DNA of 64,000 nucleotides from Bacteroidota bacterium (GTDB lineage Bacteria; Bacteroidota; Ignavibacteria; Kryptoniales; JAKASW01): NCBI GenBank assembly GCA_021789975.1, contig JAJYIT010000018.1, positions 6,290 to 70,289 of the forward strand, read 5' to 3'. Shown piece by piece: positions 9,260 to 18,917 of this stretch (position 1 is its first letter; each line of letters starts with the position of its first letter). The notes under the pieces were generated by a model. It saw only the letters and a program-made list of their open reading frames with translations, ran no database searches and was not told where the DNA came from. The position numbers and the translations under genes were made by a program.

Positions 9260-9487
9260 CTAACGGTCGCCTTCAGCTCGACCGTGTACCAGGATGTTCA
9301 ATTCGGTGATGAATGTCCGAATCTCTTCTTCGCCAAATCCCTTCTCTTTCGCAGCCGATTCAAGTGTCCCCCAGATCGGCTCTCCGCACGCGATGCACTT
9401 TATTCCTTTCTCCATTAGGTAGCTTACGGACGCCGGAAGCATCGTGACCAAATCTTCGATCGTGGTCTCAGATGTGATTCTTTCCAT
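9260..9487 (-). CDS. DUF1858-type small redox-disulfide domain protein
   Basis: TIEDLVTMLPASVSYLMEKGIKCIACGEPIWGTLESAAKEKGF is typical of the hybrid-cluster-protein-associated DUF1858 domain. The start is placed at the internal ATG (MERITSE). Confidence 0.7.
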   Translation of the reverse strand: MERITSETTIEDLVTMLPASVSYLMEKGIKCIACGEPIWGTLESAAKEKGFGEEEIRTFITELNILVHGRAEGDR

Positions 9488-9718
9488 TATGTAATATGAT
9501 GCCTCTATATGTCCGTGGTCGCAAAATCCGTGGCGGACATCCAGAGACAATCACTCCCTTCCGGATTCAATCGCATATGCGATCCGAAGAATCTCTCCAT
9601 TTCGCTCATGTTGGCACAACAAAAGACATACAACCAACGGGAAACAGTAAGAAACAAGAATAAACTTGACATTACGGCAGCAAACCCCTAAATTGTCTCA
9701 ATCAAAAGGAGTCGTGTT

Positions 9719-10483
9719 ATGGCAAACGAGAAGTTGGATTTCGCGGGCCTTATCCCGGTCCTTCAAAACAAGGATGATTTCTTCGAGAAAGTACTGCACG
9801 AGACAAATTCATGGAGGCGCATCTGGAGATTGATACTGCTTTTCATTGGGCTCACGTTTGCTTACGGACTCGTCATGGGTTCGTACAGCGGCTTTCTCCA
9901 AGCTTTATCTGCCGGCGTCAAGGTCCCCTTTATGTTCTTATTGTCGCTGTTGATTTGTTTCCCCGCATTCTTTGTTCTACAATTTATACTTGGCTCGACG
10001 ATGAAGCTTTCACAAATGACGGTCATCATTTTGTCGGGCTACGTGCTGACAGGTGCCATCATGGTTTCGTTCGCACCAATTGCAGTGCTCTTCGTCCTGA
10101 CAGGCGGTAACTACTACTTCCTCCAGCTCCTCCACATCGCCATCTTTTCAGTGGCAGGAATTTTCGGAATGAAAACCGTTCTCGATGCGTTGAAGTATTC
10201 ATGCGAACAAAAGAATGTTTATCCGAGAACCGGCGTAGTGGTGTTCAGGTTCTGGGTCATCATCCTCGCGTTCGTCGGCATTCAGCTCGCATGGAATCTC
10301 CAGCCCTTTCTCGCTGAGAAGACTGCCGGCTATGCCCTGTTCAAAAAGTACAAGGGAAATTTCTACACTGCGGTTGTCTATTCAATTCAGCAGCTGTCTA
10401 GCCCGCCCGGCGACTCCAAAGTGTCAGTCGAACCGGATCTGCATCCGGAGCTATTTCCGGATTCGACCAAGGTGGTGAGGTAG
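9719..10483 (+). CDS. multi-pass membrane protein (5-6 TM), unknown function
   Basis: 254-aa ORF with a soluble N-terminus followed by hydrophobic helices. Its stop TAG (10481..10483) lies 1 nt before the next gene's ATG. Confidence 0.7.
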   Translation: MANEKLDFAGLIPVLQNKDDFFEKVLHETNSWRRIWRLILLFIGLTFAYGLVMGSYSGFLQALSAGVKVPFMFLLSLLICFPAFFVLQFILGSTMKLSQMTVIILSGYVLTGAIMVSFAPIAVLFVLTGGNYYFLQLLHIAIFSVAGIFGMKTVLDALKYSCEQKNVYPRTGVVVFRFWVIILAFVGIQLAWNLQPFLAEKTAGYALFKKYKGNFYTAVVYSIQQLSSPPGDSKVSVEPDLHPELFPDSTKVVR

Positions 10484-10484
10484 T

Positions 10485-10718
10485 ATGCCTGACGACGAGA
10501 TTATGACAATCGAGGAAGTCGCGGCTTACTTGAAGGTCAAGCCGCAGACAATTTATACGTGGGCACAGGAGAAGAGAATTCCGGCGGCGAAACTTGGAAA
10601 AGAGTGGCGGTTCAAGAGGTCAATCATCGATGCCTGGTTCAACCAGCATTTCGACGAGAAGTTCAATCACCTGACGAGGAATGATAAAGAAAAGGGTGAA
10701 CCAGAAGCCGGTCAATAG
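10485..10718 (+). CDS. excisionase/MerR-type helix-turn-helix DNA-binding protein
   Basis: MTIEEVAAYLKVKPQTIYTWAQEKRIPAAKLGKEWRFKRSIIDAWF is the classic excisionase-family HTH. Confidence 0.75.
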   Translation: MPDDEIMTIEEVAAYLKVKPQTIYTWAQEKRIPAAKLGKEWRFKRSIIDAWFNQHFDEKFNHLTRNDKEKGEPEAGQ

Positions 10719-10733
10719 CCCGGGAAATGATCT

Positions 10734-11039
10734 TCAGACTGCTTTCGCTCTCACTCGCACCTCGCGTCTTAACCGGCTGGAGAGGCGTTCTTCTTCGATA
10801 TCGAGGTCGTAGTCTATCTGTAGACCTAACCAGAACTGCTGTGAATTCCCAAAGTATCTCGCCAGGCGGAGAGCGGTATCTGCTGTGATCCCCCGCTTGC
10901 CAAGCACGATCTCATTGATTCGCCGAGGTGGAACAGCCATGTCAATCGCAATTCTGTTCTGGCTCAAGCCCATCGGCCTGAGAAATTTCTCTAGAAGAAT
11001 CTCGCCGGGATGTATAGCTTCAATTTTCTTTGTCCGCAT
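10734..11039 (-). CDS. higA: HigA-family antitoxin (XRE HTH)
   Basis: HPGEILLEKFLRPMGLSQNRIAIDMAVPPRRINEIVLGKRGITADTALRLARYFGNSQQFWLGLQIDYDL. It sits 10 nt downstream of the higB reading frame. Confidence 0.85.
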   Translation of the reverse strand: MRTKKIEAIHPGEILLEKFLRPMGLSQNRIAIDMAVPPRRINEIVLGKRGITADTALRLARYFGNSQQFWLGLQIDYDLDIEEERLSSRLRREVRVRAKAV

Positions 11040-11049
11040 AAATTACTCC

Positions 11050-11331
11050 TCAATGATAATCCACAATCTCAACGTTATAGGCATCGCCGTCTAGCCACTT
11101 AAAACAAATCCTCCATCTGTCGTTGATTCGGATGCTGTGTTGACCATCCCTTTCACCTCTCAGGGCTTATAGCCTGTTTGCGGGCGGAACGCGCATGTCA
11201 TTCAACGTTATCGCCCTATTCAACATCCTCAGTTTTCTCAACGCCACCCTTTGGATCTCACTCGGCAATTTTCTTGAAAAGATCCGGTGGAATATCTTTT
11301 CGGCTTCCTCATCTCTAAATGAGCGAATCAC
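11050..11331 (-). pseudogene. higB: HigB (RelE/ParE-superfamily 'plasmid maintenance system killer') toxin gene with an in-frame TAA
   Basis: Manual translation from GTG 11331 gives MIRSFRDEEAEKIFHRIFSRKLPSEIQRVALRKLRMLNRAITLNDMRVPPANRL*ALRGERDGQHSIRINDRWRICFKWLDGDAYNVEIVDYH. The TAA at 11167..11169 sits where the family has NRLEAL. The gene is absent from the ORF track because of this stop. Confidence 0.8.
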
Positions 11332-11361
11332 TTAGAAACATACAATGTGACCCATTAAGGT

Positions 11362-12054
11362 TCAATTAGACAAAGCGAACTCCACCGCGGCCATGGCATG
11401 GATCTCCGTCGTGTCAAACACAGGAATGGCAGTATCGGATTGTTTGATCAATAGCGGAATCTCCGTGCAGCCGAGGATAATTCCCTCTGCTCCCTTCTTC
11501 ACAAGGCCGTCGATAATCTCGACGTACTTCTTTCTGGTTTCGTCCTTGAGTATCGCTTTCTCCAGCTCGGCCATGATGGTACGGTGAATATATTCGCGCT
11601 CAGTTTCTTCAGGTACAAGAGTGGTGATTCCGAATTTCGACAGCCGCCCCCTGTAAAATGTCTGTTCCATGGTCATCTTCGTGCCGAGGAGGCCGACCTT
11701 CTTGATCTTGTGTTTCAGAACTGCTTCTGCAGTCACGTCGGCGATGTGGATAAGAGGTATGTTGATATTCTTTTGTAAAAGATCAGCGGCCATATGAGGT
11801 GTATTCGCACAGAGAATAAGACCTTCGGCTCCGGCAGCTTCGAGCCGTCTCGCGATGTCAGATAGATAGTCCCCAAACTGCTGCAGCTCATCAGGTTTCG
11901 TTGCCGGCCTGAATTCTTGCTGGTTGACCGAATACAAAAGTATCTTTGCCGAGTCAAGTCCACCGAGCCGGTTGTTTATCTCACGGTTTATGATCCGGTA
12001 ATAATCGACAGTGGAAACCCAGCTTGTACCACCGATGAGACCTAAAGTTTTCAT
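11362..12054 (-). CDS. ygeA: aspartate/glutamate racemase-family protein (YgeA-like)
   Basis: MKTLGLIGGTSWVSTVDYYRIINREINNRLGG, LILCANTPHM, ILGCTEIPLL with both catalytic Cys contexts. Closely resembles E. coli YgeA from memory. The start is placed at the internal ATG. Confidence 0.85.
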   Translation of the reverse strand: MKTLGLIGGTSWVSTVDYYRIINREINNRLGGLDSAKILLYSVNQQEFRPATKPDELQQFGDYLSDIARRLEAAGAEGLILCANTPHMAADLLQKNINIPLIHIADVTAEAVLKHKIKKVGLLGTKMTMEQTFYRGRLSKFGITTLVPEETEREYIHRTIMAELEKAILKDETRKKYVEIIDGLVKKGAEGIILGCTEIPLLIKQSDTAIPVFDTTEIHAMAAVEFALSN

Positions 12055-12550
12055 TCTTTCATCTTCTCCGTTCCGAAGCTCTGGTTCGTAAAAATTCCGA
12101 ACCATGATTGAACATTTACCGAAACCACTTGATTAACTTATTTCAAAAGGCTGGCAACTGCAAGATGAATCCGAAATTCTGCGCAGCTTCTTGATCAGGC
12201 TCGTCAACGGGAGAAGGACATCGATTGGCGAGTTTGCCGGTCGGAGCGGTTCCGGTAGCGGGAAGGCCCCGGTGTGTAAGATCGAGAATCCGACTTTTAT
12301 TAATTCAATGTACTTGAACATCCCCTGCTGCAATCGCTGGGTTGAATATCGCTGCCCGTCTATCTATTTTATCTTTCGGTTGTAACCTCAGCTTAGTGCT
12401 TCCGTAGTCCTAACCGTTAATTCTAATTTTCAGGGCGGCTAAAAAGTCAAATTAAATCTGGAAGATACCGACCAAAGTCGGTGCTGGCCTAAGTCCCTAA
12501 TTGAGTTCGACAGGTAATCAAACTGTCTCAAATGTCAGGTCGTGCTAACT

Positions 12551-13912
12551 ATGAGAAGAAAGTATGAGAAGTGTCGTCTACCGGTAGTAGGTCTGGTCCT
12601 CTCCGTTTTCATTTCGAGCACCGCGTTTCCGCAGAACTCATCGAAAGCCGTTTTGACTCTCGACAAAGCGATAGACATTGCCCTCTCTCAGAACCGGGAT
12701 ATTCTCATCGCGAATCAGGATCGCTACAAGGCCGACGCGCAAATAGCGGAGGCAAGGTCCGGTGCATTTCCCCAACTCTCGGCTTCAGCACAGTACATGC
12801 GCAACGTGGAGCTACCGGTAATTTTTCTCCCGGCGAACACGCCGCCATTCAATCCTACCAGCTCGACGATCTCTTTTGCCATCGGGTCCAACAACTCTTA
12901 CCAGGGCGGTCTCACTCTGACCCAAGCTCTTTACAGCCGACAGGTTGGAGTCGCCCTCGACATTGCGAACACGTACAGAGATCTCACGAACGCAGGCTAC
13001 GAAGCGACGCGGCAGACTGTGGTACTGCAGGTAAAGAAGGCGTTCTATGCTGTGCTCCTGATGCAGAAGTTGGTCGAAGCAAACCGTCAGGGTCTCGACG
13101 TCGTGAAAGCAAATTACGAAAACGTGAAATCTCTCTACGACCATGGTCAGGCAGCAGAGTTTGATCTTCTCAGAGCGGAAGTTCAGGTAGCAAACACCGA
13201 ACCATCTTTGATCTCTTCAGAGAACAATTTGGTCCTGGCGGTGAACGGGCTCAAGAGTCTTCTTTCCGTCCCGCTCGATAGCAGTGTGGTGATTCAAGGA
13301 GACTTTGCATTTTCCGAAGTCCCGAAGGCGACGCTGGATGAAGGGATGCGGGAGGCCTTGAGGACAAACCCAGCGCTGCAGCAACTCGAATTCCAGGAAT
13401 CGATGCTCGATAAGAACATAAGCATTGAATCATCAGGATACTTTCCTTCTCTCTATGCTTTCGGATCGTACCAATGGCAGTCCCAGGACAACACGTTCCA
13501 ATTCGGCAATTACCTCTGGGCGAAGATAGTGAATGTCGGTGTGACTCTGTCATGGAACATCTTTGACGGCCTCCGAACCCCGGCGCGAGTCGAAGAGGCG
13601 CGTGTCGAGCTCAGAAAGGTCCAGTATACCCGATTGAAGGCTGCCGAAGGTGTCGCCATCCAGGTGCAATCAGCCCGTCTCAAAATGGACGAAGCGGAGA
13701 GGCGCATAAAGGGCCAGGAAAAAAACATCGAGCAAGCTAAGCGTGCAGTCTCGATTGCGGAGACTCGATTCAAGAGCGGAGTCGGAACGCAACTTGAACT
13801 TCTCGATGCTCAAGTGGCGATGACACTTGCACAGACAAACTATGCCCAGGCAACCTATGACTACCTGGTCGCGAGGGCTGACTGGGATTATGCCGTCGGG
13901 AGAATAAGATGA
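12551..13912 (+). CDS. TolC-family outer-membrane efflux protein
   Basis: Signal peptide, LTLDKAIDIALSQNRDI, and two repeated alpha/beta halves typical of OEP/TolC. First gene of the efflux operon. The start could instead be GTG 12542. Confidence 0.85.
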   Translation: MRRKYEKCRLPVVGLVLSVFISSTAFPQNSSKAVLTLDKAIDIALSQNRDILIANQDRYKADAQIAEARSGAFPQLSASAQYMRNVELPVIFLPANTPPFNPTSSTISFAIGSNNSYQGGLTLTQALYSRQVGVALDIANTYRDLTNAGYEATRQTVVLQVKKAFYAVLLMQKLVEANRQGLDVVKANYENVKSLYDHGQAAEFDLLRAEVQVANTEPSLISSENNLVLAVNGLKSLLSVPLDSSVVIQGDFAFSEVPKATLDEGMREALRTNPALQQLEFQESMLDKNISIESSGYFPSLYAFGSYQWQSQDNTFQFGNYLWAKIVNVGVTLSWNIFDGLRTPARVEEARVELRKVQYTRLKAAEGVAIQVQSARLKMDEAERRIKGQEKNIEQAKRAVSIAETRFKSGVGTQLELLDAQVAMTLAQTNYAQATYDYLVARADWDYAVGRIR

Positions 13913-13943
13913 CCGCCCGCCGGAAAGAAAGTTCCCGGAAGAA

Positions 13944-14069
13944 CACCGTAGAGACACAAACTTGCCTACTCTACGAGTCTGCGAGTCGTCAGAGTCGTAG
14001 ACCGGGCAGCCAGGGGCGCAATCTTTGATAATTGTATTGTTCTTCTTCGCGTCTCTACGCCTTTGCGGT
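13944..14069. repeat. structured intergenic repeat element between tolC and the MFP gene
   Basis: Inverted core CACCGTAGAGACAC (13944..13957) / GCGTCTCTACGCC (14049..14061). Internal degenerate tandem units CGAGTCTG-CGAGTCGT-CAGAGTCGT are bracketed by CTACGA/TCGTAG. The right arm carries the shared motif GCGTCTCTACGCCTTTGCGGT. Confidence 0.4.
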
Positions 14070-14095
14070 AAATCAAGAATGACAGGAGGTTGACT

Positions 14096-15157
14096 TTGGC
14101 AAGACAACAGTATCATTTAAATAAAATGCTGACGGGAATATTCCTCGCATCAACACTTCTGGCCGGCTGCGGCAAATCACCGAATGCAAAAAAGCAGACT
14201 GCTGATCTCTCATACTCGTCGATTCCGGTCGAGATCGCCACTGCCCGAAGAGGGAGTTTTTCCGTGATCAGGCAGTTCTCAGGTACCCTCGAGGGTGAGG
14301 AGCAGGCGAACATCGTGGCGAAGATCTCGGAGCGCATCACACAACTCAACGTCAAAGTCGGCGATGAGGTAAAAGCAGGACAGGTCCTGGTAGAACTCGA
14401 CAAGAGCGGTGCTACATCGCAGTACTACCAGGCGCAGGCCGGATTCACGAATGCCGAGAAGACGTATGAGCGAATGAAAGCACTGTACCATGAAGGCGCG
14501 ATATCGCAGCAGTCACTGGATGGTGCGCAGACCGCTTACGAAGTAGCGAAGGCCAACTTCGATGCGGCAAAGAGCGCAGTCGATTTGACAACGCCGATTC
14601 CGGGGGTGGTGACCGCAGTGAATGTCAGCATGGGAGATTTGACTGTGCCGGGCAACGTCCTTATCACCGTGGCGAGAATAGGAAGGATGAAAGTAGATTT
14701 CGATGTCAATGAGACTGATCTGGGAATTCTCTCCGTCGGGAAGGCAGTGGCCGTGTTTTCAGAAGCCAAGCCTGAATTGACAGTGAATGGGAACGTTATT
14801 CAAGTCTCGAAATCGGCAGACATTCATTCACGCACATTTCAGATCAAGGCGCTCTTCAGCAATACTCGTGATAATTGGTTCAGACCCGGGATGTTCTGCC
14901 GGGTCAACGTACCGCAGGGCTCCGATTCAAGAAATCTCGTTGTCCCGAACGCAGCTATTGTCAGCGACGGCGTGGTAAGCCGCGTCTTTCGGGTTCGATA
15001 CGGACGATCGTACTCGGTTCCGGTTCAGGTCGGCATAACCGATGGAAAAAGCGCGGAGATTCTATCCGGCCTGGCTGAAGGCGACACGGTGGTGACTACC
15101 GGTGCAACGACCGCCCGCGACAGCGGCTATGTAAGCATAGCCGACAAAGAGAAATGA
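14096..15157 (+). CDS. RND efflux periplasmic adaptor (membrane-fusion protein, HlyD family) lipoprotein
   Basis: Lipobox LLAGCGK plus the barrel-sandwich/hairpin pattern ([17 protein letters not shown] ... [11 protein letters not shown]). TTG 14096 lies 6 nt after AGGAGG. Alternative starts are 14090 and 14126. Confidence 0.85.
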   Translation: MARQQYHLNKMLTGIFLASTLLAGCGKSPNAKKQTADLSYSSIPVEIATARRGSFSVIRQFSGTLEGEEQANIVAKISERITQLNVKVGDEVKAGQVLVELDKSGATSQYYQAQAGFTNAEKTYERMKALYHEGAISQQSLDGAQTAYEVAKANFDAAKSAVDLTTPIPGVVTAVNVSMGDLTVPGNVLITVARIGRMKVDFDVNETDLGILSVGKAVAVFSEAKPELTVNGNVIQVSKSADIHSRTFQIKALFSNTRDNWFRPGMFCRVNVPQGSDSRNLVVPNAAIVSDGVVSRVFRVRYGRSYSVPVQVGITDGKSAEILSGLAEGDTVVTTGATTARDSGYVSIADKEK

Positions 15158-15185
15158 GACTGCAAGGCGCGAAGGAGAATGTGAA

Positions 15186-15764
15186 TTGACAAACCAAAAT
15201 TCATTGCTCCCTGTCGAAAGAATTGAAGCTTCGATACTGCTAATCCGTGGACAGAAGGTCATGCTGGATCGAGATTTGGCTTCGCTTTATGGAGTGTCGG
15301 TCAAGGCCCTAAATCAAGCGGTGAAAAGAAATATTGACCGCTTCCCGGAAGACTTCATGTTCCAGCTCAGCATGGAGGAAGCCAGAGTGTGGTCGAGACA
15401 TGTTGCCGGCAGTGGTTTAAGGTCACAATTTGTGACCTTAAAAAGAGGGGAGCATATCAAGTACCGCCCCTTTGCCTTCACGGAGCATGGAATACTCATG
15501 CTCTCAAGCGTCCTCAAAAGTGAGCGTGCAGTCCAGGTCAATATCGCAATCATGCGCACTTTTATCCGCATGAGACAGATGCTTACCTCAAACGCTGAGC
15601 TTGCGCGTAGGCTTGATGAACTGGAGAAGAAATATGATGATCAGTTCAAAGTTGTCTTTCAAGCGATACGGCAGATACTCACTCCCCCAGCGAAGCAGAA
15701 GAGGCCCATGGGTTTCCAGGTCGGGGAACAAAAGATCTCTTACGGAACCCGGAAAGTAAAGTGA
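15186..15764 (+). CDS. ORF6N-domain (KilA-N/Bro-N-related, phage-type DNA-binding) protein with a C-terminal coiled-coil
   Basis: [42 protein letters not shown] ... [31 protein letters not shown] is the ORF6N signature. TTG start 8 nt after AAGGAG. Stop TGA (15762..15764) lies 1 nt before the RND gene ATG. Confidence 0.8.
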   Translation: MTNQNSLLPVERIEASILLIRGQKVMLDRDLASLYGVSVKALNQAVKRNIDRFPEDFMFQLSMEEARVWSRHVAGSGLRSQFVTLKRGEHIKYRPFAFTEHGILMLSSVLKSERAVQVNIAIMRTFIRMRQMLTSNAELARRLDELEKKYDDQFKVVFQAIRQILTPPAKQKRPMGFQVGEQKISYGTRKVK

Positions 15765-15765
15765 C

Positions 15766-18700
15766 ATGAAACTAGCCGACACATCCATAGAACGACCCGT
15801 ATTTGCAACGATGATGATCCTTGCACTTATCGTGCTCGGGCTTTTCTCACTGTCGAAACTCAACATCGACCAATGGCCCGACGTTGATTTCCCTTATGTA
15901 GTCATCACGAGCGTCCTCCCCGGCGCCGGTCCAGAACAGATGGAGACCGACGTCACCAAGAAAATCGAGGATGCCGTCAACACAATCGGCGGAATCGAAC
16001 ACATAACGTCTATCTCCCGCGAAGGGGTCTCGTTCGTTATAATCCAGTTCAAGCTGGAGGTCGACGGACGCCAGGCAGCGCAGGAAGTGCGCGAGAAGAT
16101 TGCAGCCGTTCGGGCAGACCTCCCTACCGATCTTGAAGAGCCTGTCATCCAGCGAATCGATCCTGCAAGCGAACCGATGTTCACCATGACCGTATCAGGA
16201 CCTCGATCCGACAAAGAGATTACGACCTACACCAAAAATGTCATCAAGAAGCGGCTCGAGAATGTACCGGGAGTTGGTCGCGTAGACCTGGTCGGAGGTG
16301 CTGAAAGAGAAATCCAGATCTCTGTCGATGCAACCAAACTCAAGGCATACGGACTGTCCATCGACGATGTGATTCAGGCCGTGGCGTCATCGAACGTGGA
16401 AGTCCCGGCCGGAAACCTAATCCAGGGCCCGCGGCAGGTTCTGCTCAGGACTATGGGGAAGTACACAAACGTCAACGACTTCAACAAAGTGATCGTGGCA
16501 ACGCCGGGAGGAAAGCCGGTCTATCTCTCGGATGTCGCTCAAGTGGTTGACGGAGTGAAGGAGCAGATAAGCCTTACACGCGTGAATGGAAAGAGCGCCG
16601 TTGGACTGAGCATACTTAAGCAGTCCGGCAGTAACACCGTTCGCGTAGCTGAAGGAATTCAAAAACAGATTTCCGAACTTGAGAAGGAGATACCACCGGA
16701 TCTCAAGATCACCATAGCACAGGACAACAGCACATTTATAGTTCAAGAGGTCAACGATGTTCTGTTCGACATTTTCTATGGCGGTCTCCTTGCCATTATT
16801 GTCGTATTCTTATTCCTCGCAAACGCACGCTCGACAATCATCAGCGCGATCGCGCTCCCCACGTCCATCATTACAAGCTTTTTCATAATGTACGCTCTCA
16901 ACTTCACGCTGAACATGGTCACGCTGCTTGCGCTTTCACTCGCCGTGGGACTCCTGATCGATGATGCGATCGTGGTGATAGAGAATATCTACCGGCATAT
17001 GCAGCAGGGCGAGACTCCGATGGAGGCAGCAAAGGCGGCAACCGCGGAAATCGGGCTTGCGGTAATGGCAACCACATTTACTATCGTGGCTGTCTTCGTA
17101 CCGATAGCGTTTACGCCCGGACTCGTCGGAAGATTTTTCTACCAATTCGGCATTACAGTTTCGGCTGCAGTTCTCGTTTCACTGTTCGTCGCATTCACGC
17201 TCACGCCAATGCTATCTTCAAGATGGCTCAGCGAGGAACAGGAGAGACTTGAGAACAGAGGCTCAATCCTGCGTCGCGCACTTTATTACTTCAATAATTT
17301 CTTTCAGATATTGAGTCAGAAATACAGGAAGGCAATATCGTGGTCGCTCCATCATCGAAAGACCGTGATATCCGGATCGCTGGCCATATTCGTGTCCAGC
17401 TTTTTCCTGATGGGACTGTTAGGTACCTCATTCTTCCCAGATACCGATGAAAGTCAATTCAACATCGGGATCCACGCAGCACCGGGGAGCTCGCTTGCAC
17501 AGACCGCCGCAATTAGTTCGCATATCGAAACTATCCTCGAGAGACAGCCGGAAATCAAGACGACATTGCTCACGATCGGATCAGGAAACGATCCGGTAAC
17601 AACGGGCAACATACTCGTTAAGTTGGTCAAGAAGAACGAACGCAAACGCAGCGTGTGGCAGATAATGAATTACCTCCGTGCGGCGTTGAGGAATACTCCC
17701 GGAGCCTACATTTCGTATGCAACCCAGGGCGGACCGGGAGGCGGCCAGAAGCCTGTTTCGCTCAGCGTCCGCGGCGACGACATGACCAAGCTGAAAGCGA
17801 TCGCAGACAAGGTCGAAAACATCGTACGCACGACACGCGGTGCGGTGGATGTCGAGAACAGTCTGGAGACATCGAAACCGGAAGTACGGATTACAATAGA
17901 CAGGGAGAAAGCTTCCGATCTCGGCGTCAACGTAGCTCAAATAGCTACGACCGCGAGAGCCATGGTCGACGGTTACGTCGCAACCAAATATCAGGAAGGC
18001 GACGAGCAGTACGACGTGAGAGTGAGGTTGAGGAAAGCGGACAGAACATCTCTCGAGAACGTGAACGACCTCACGGTGAAGAGCAACAAAGGAATGGGCA
18101 ACGGAGGAGCCTTGCTGGTCCCTGTGAGCTACGTAGCCAATATCCGTCAGAGTTCCGGTCCCTCGCAGATCAACAGGTTCGACAGGCAGCGAGAAATCCG
18201 TGTCGACGCAAACCTGTCGGGTCGCTTGCTGGGAGAAGTGCTCGGAGATATACAGAGCCGCACGAGTAAGCTCGTGTTGCCGGCGGGCTACAACGTCGGC
18301 GTGGTCGGTGAAGGACAAATGCAATCTGACTCGTTCATGAACATATTCCTGTCGCTTGCACTGGCGATCATCTTCGTCTACATCGTGCTTGCGGCACAGT
18401 TCGAGAGTTTCACATATCCGTTTGCAATCATGCTCGCCTTGCCGATGTCGCTTATCGGAGCCGTGCTGGGTCTGCTCGTATTCGGCAGTGCGGTGTCCAT
18501 GATGTCGATGATCGGTATAATCATGCTGATGGGGCTCGTGACGAAGAACGGGATCCTGCTTGTCGATTACGCCAACGTTCTGCGCGACCGCGGGCAGGAA
18601 AGGACAGAAGCATTAGTGAACGCAGGTGCCACGAGGCTTCGTCCGATTCTCATGACGACATTCGCCATGATCTTCGGAATGGTACCCGTCGCATTCGCGG

Positions 18701-18891
18701 TCAGCGAGGGAAGCGAGTTTCGTGCACCGATGGGACAGGCAGTGATTGGTGGTCTGATAACATCGACGCTGCTGACGCTGTTCGTCGTCCCGGTAGTGTA
18801 TTCGATCCTCGATGACTTAGGAAGAGTAAGATTGTTCGGATTCATGAGGAAGATTCGAAAACAAAGCAAGGAACACGGATTAGCCGGATAA
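15766..18891 (+). CDS. RND efflux transporter permease (AcrB/CzcA family)
   Basis: 1041 aa, 12-TM RND architecture, with conserved motifs (ALSLAVGLLIDDAIVVIENI, GLVTKNGILLVDYAN). Confidence 0.95.
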   Translation: MKLADTSIERPVFATMMILALIVLGLFSLSKLNIDQWPDVDFPYVVITSVLPGAGPEQMETDVTKKIEDAVNTIGGIEHITSISREGVSFVIIQFKLEVDGRQAAQEVREKIAAVRADLPTDLEEPVIQRIDPASEPMFTMTVSGPRSDKEITTYTKNVIKKRLENVPGVGRVDLVGGAEREIQISVDATKLKAYGLSIDDVIQAVASSNVEVPAGNLIQGPRQVLLRTMGKYTNVNDFNKVIVATPGGKPVYLSDVAQVVDGVKEQISLTRVNGKSAVGLSILKQSGSNTVRVAEGIQKQISELEKEIPPDLKITIAQDNSTFIVQEVNDVLFDIFYGGLLAIIVVFLFLANARSTIISAIALPTSIITSFFIMYALNFTLNMVTLLALSLAVGLLIDDAIVVIENIYRHMQQGETPMEAAKAATAEIGLAVMATTFTIVAVFVPIAFTPGLVGRFFYQFGITVSAAVLVSLFVAFTLTPMLSSRWLSEEQERLENRGSILRRALYYFNNFFQILSQKYRKAISWSLHHRKTVISGSLAIFVSSFFLMGLLGTSFFPDTDESQFNIGIHAAPGSSLAQTAAISSHIETILERQPEIKTTLLTIGSGNDPVTTGNILVKLVKKNERKRSVWQIMNYLRAALRNTPGAYISYATQGGPGGGQKPVSLSVRGDDMTKLKAIADKVENIVRTTRGAVDVENSLETSKPEVRITIDREKASDLGVNVAQIATTARAMVDGYVATKYQEGDEQYDVRVRLRKADRTSLENVNDLTVKSNKGMGNGGALLVPVSYVANIRQSSGPSQINRFDRQREIRVDANLSGRLLGEVLGDIQSRTSKLVLPAGYNVGVVGEGQMQSDSFMNIFLSLALAIIFVYIVLAAQFESFTYPFAIMLALPMSLIGAVLGLLVFGSAVSMMSMIGIIMLMGLVTKNGILLVDYANVLRDRGQERTEALVNAGATRLRPILMTTFAMIFGMVPVAFAVSEGSEFRAPMGQAVIGGLITSTLLTLFVVPVVYSILDDLGRVRLFGFMRKIRKQSKEHGLAG

Positions 18892-18917
18892 AGCGGGTTT
18901 ACACGGAGAATCGTTAG

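Noticed and set aside
10485-11331. Prophage or integrative-element remnant suggested by the 'excisionase' HTH plus the toxin-antitoxin genes.
   Set aside because: No integrase, recombinase, att-like direct repeats, tRNA gene or phage structural genes occur anywhere in the window.
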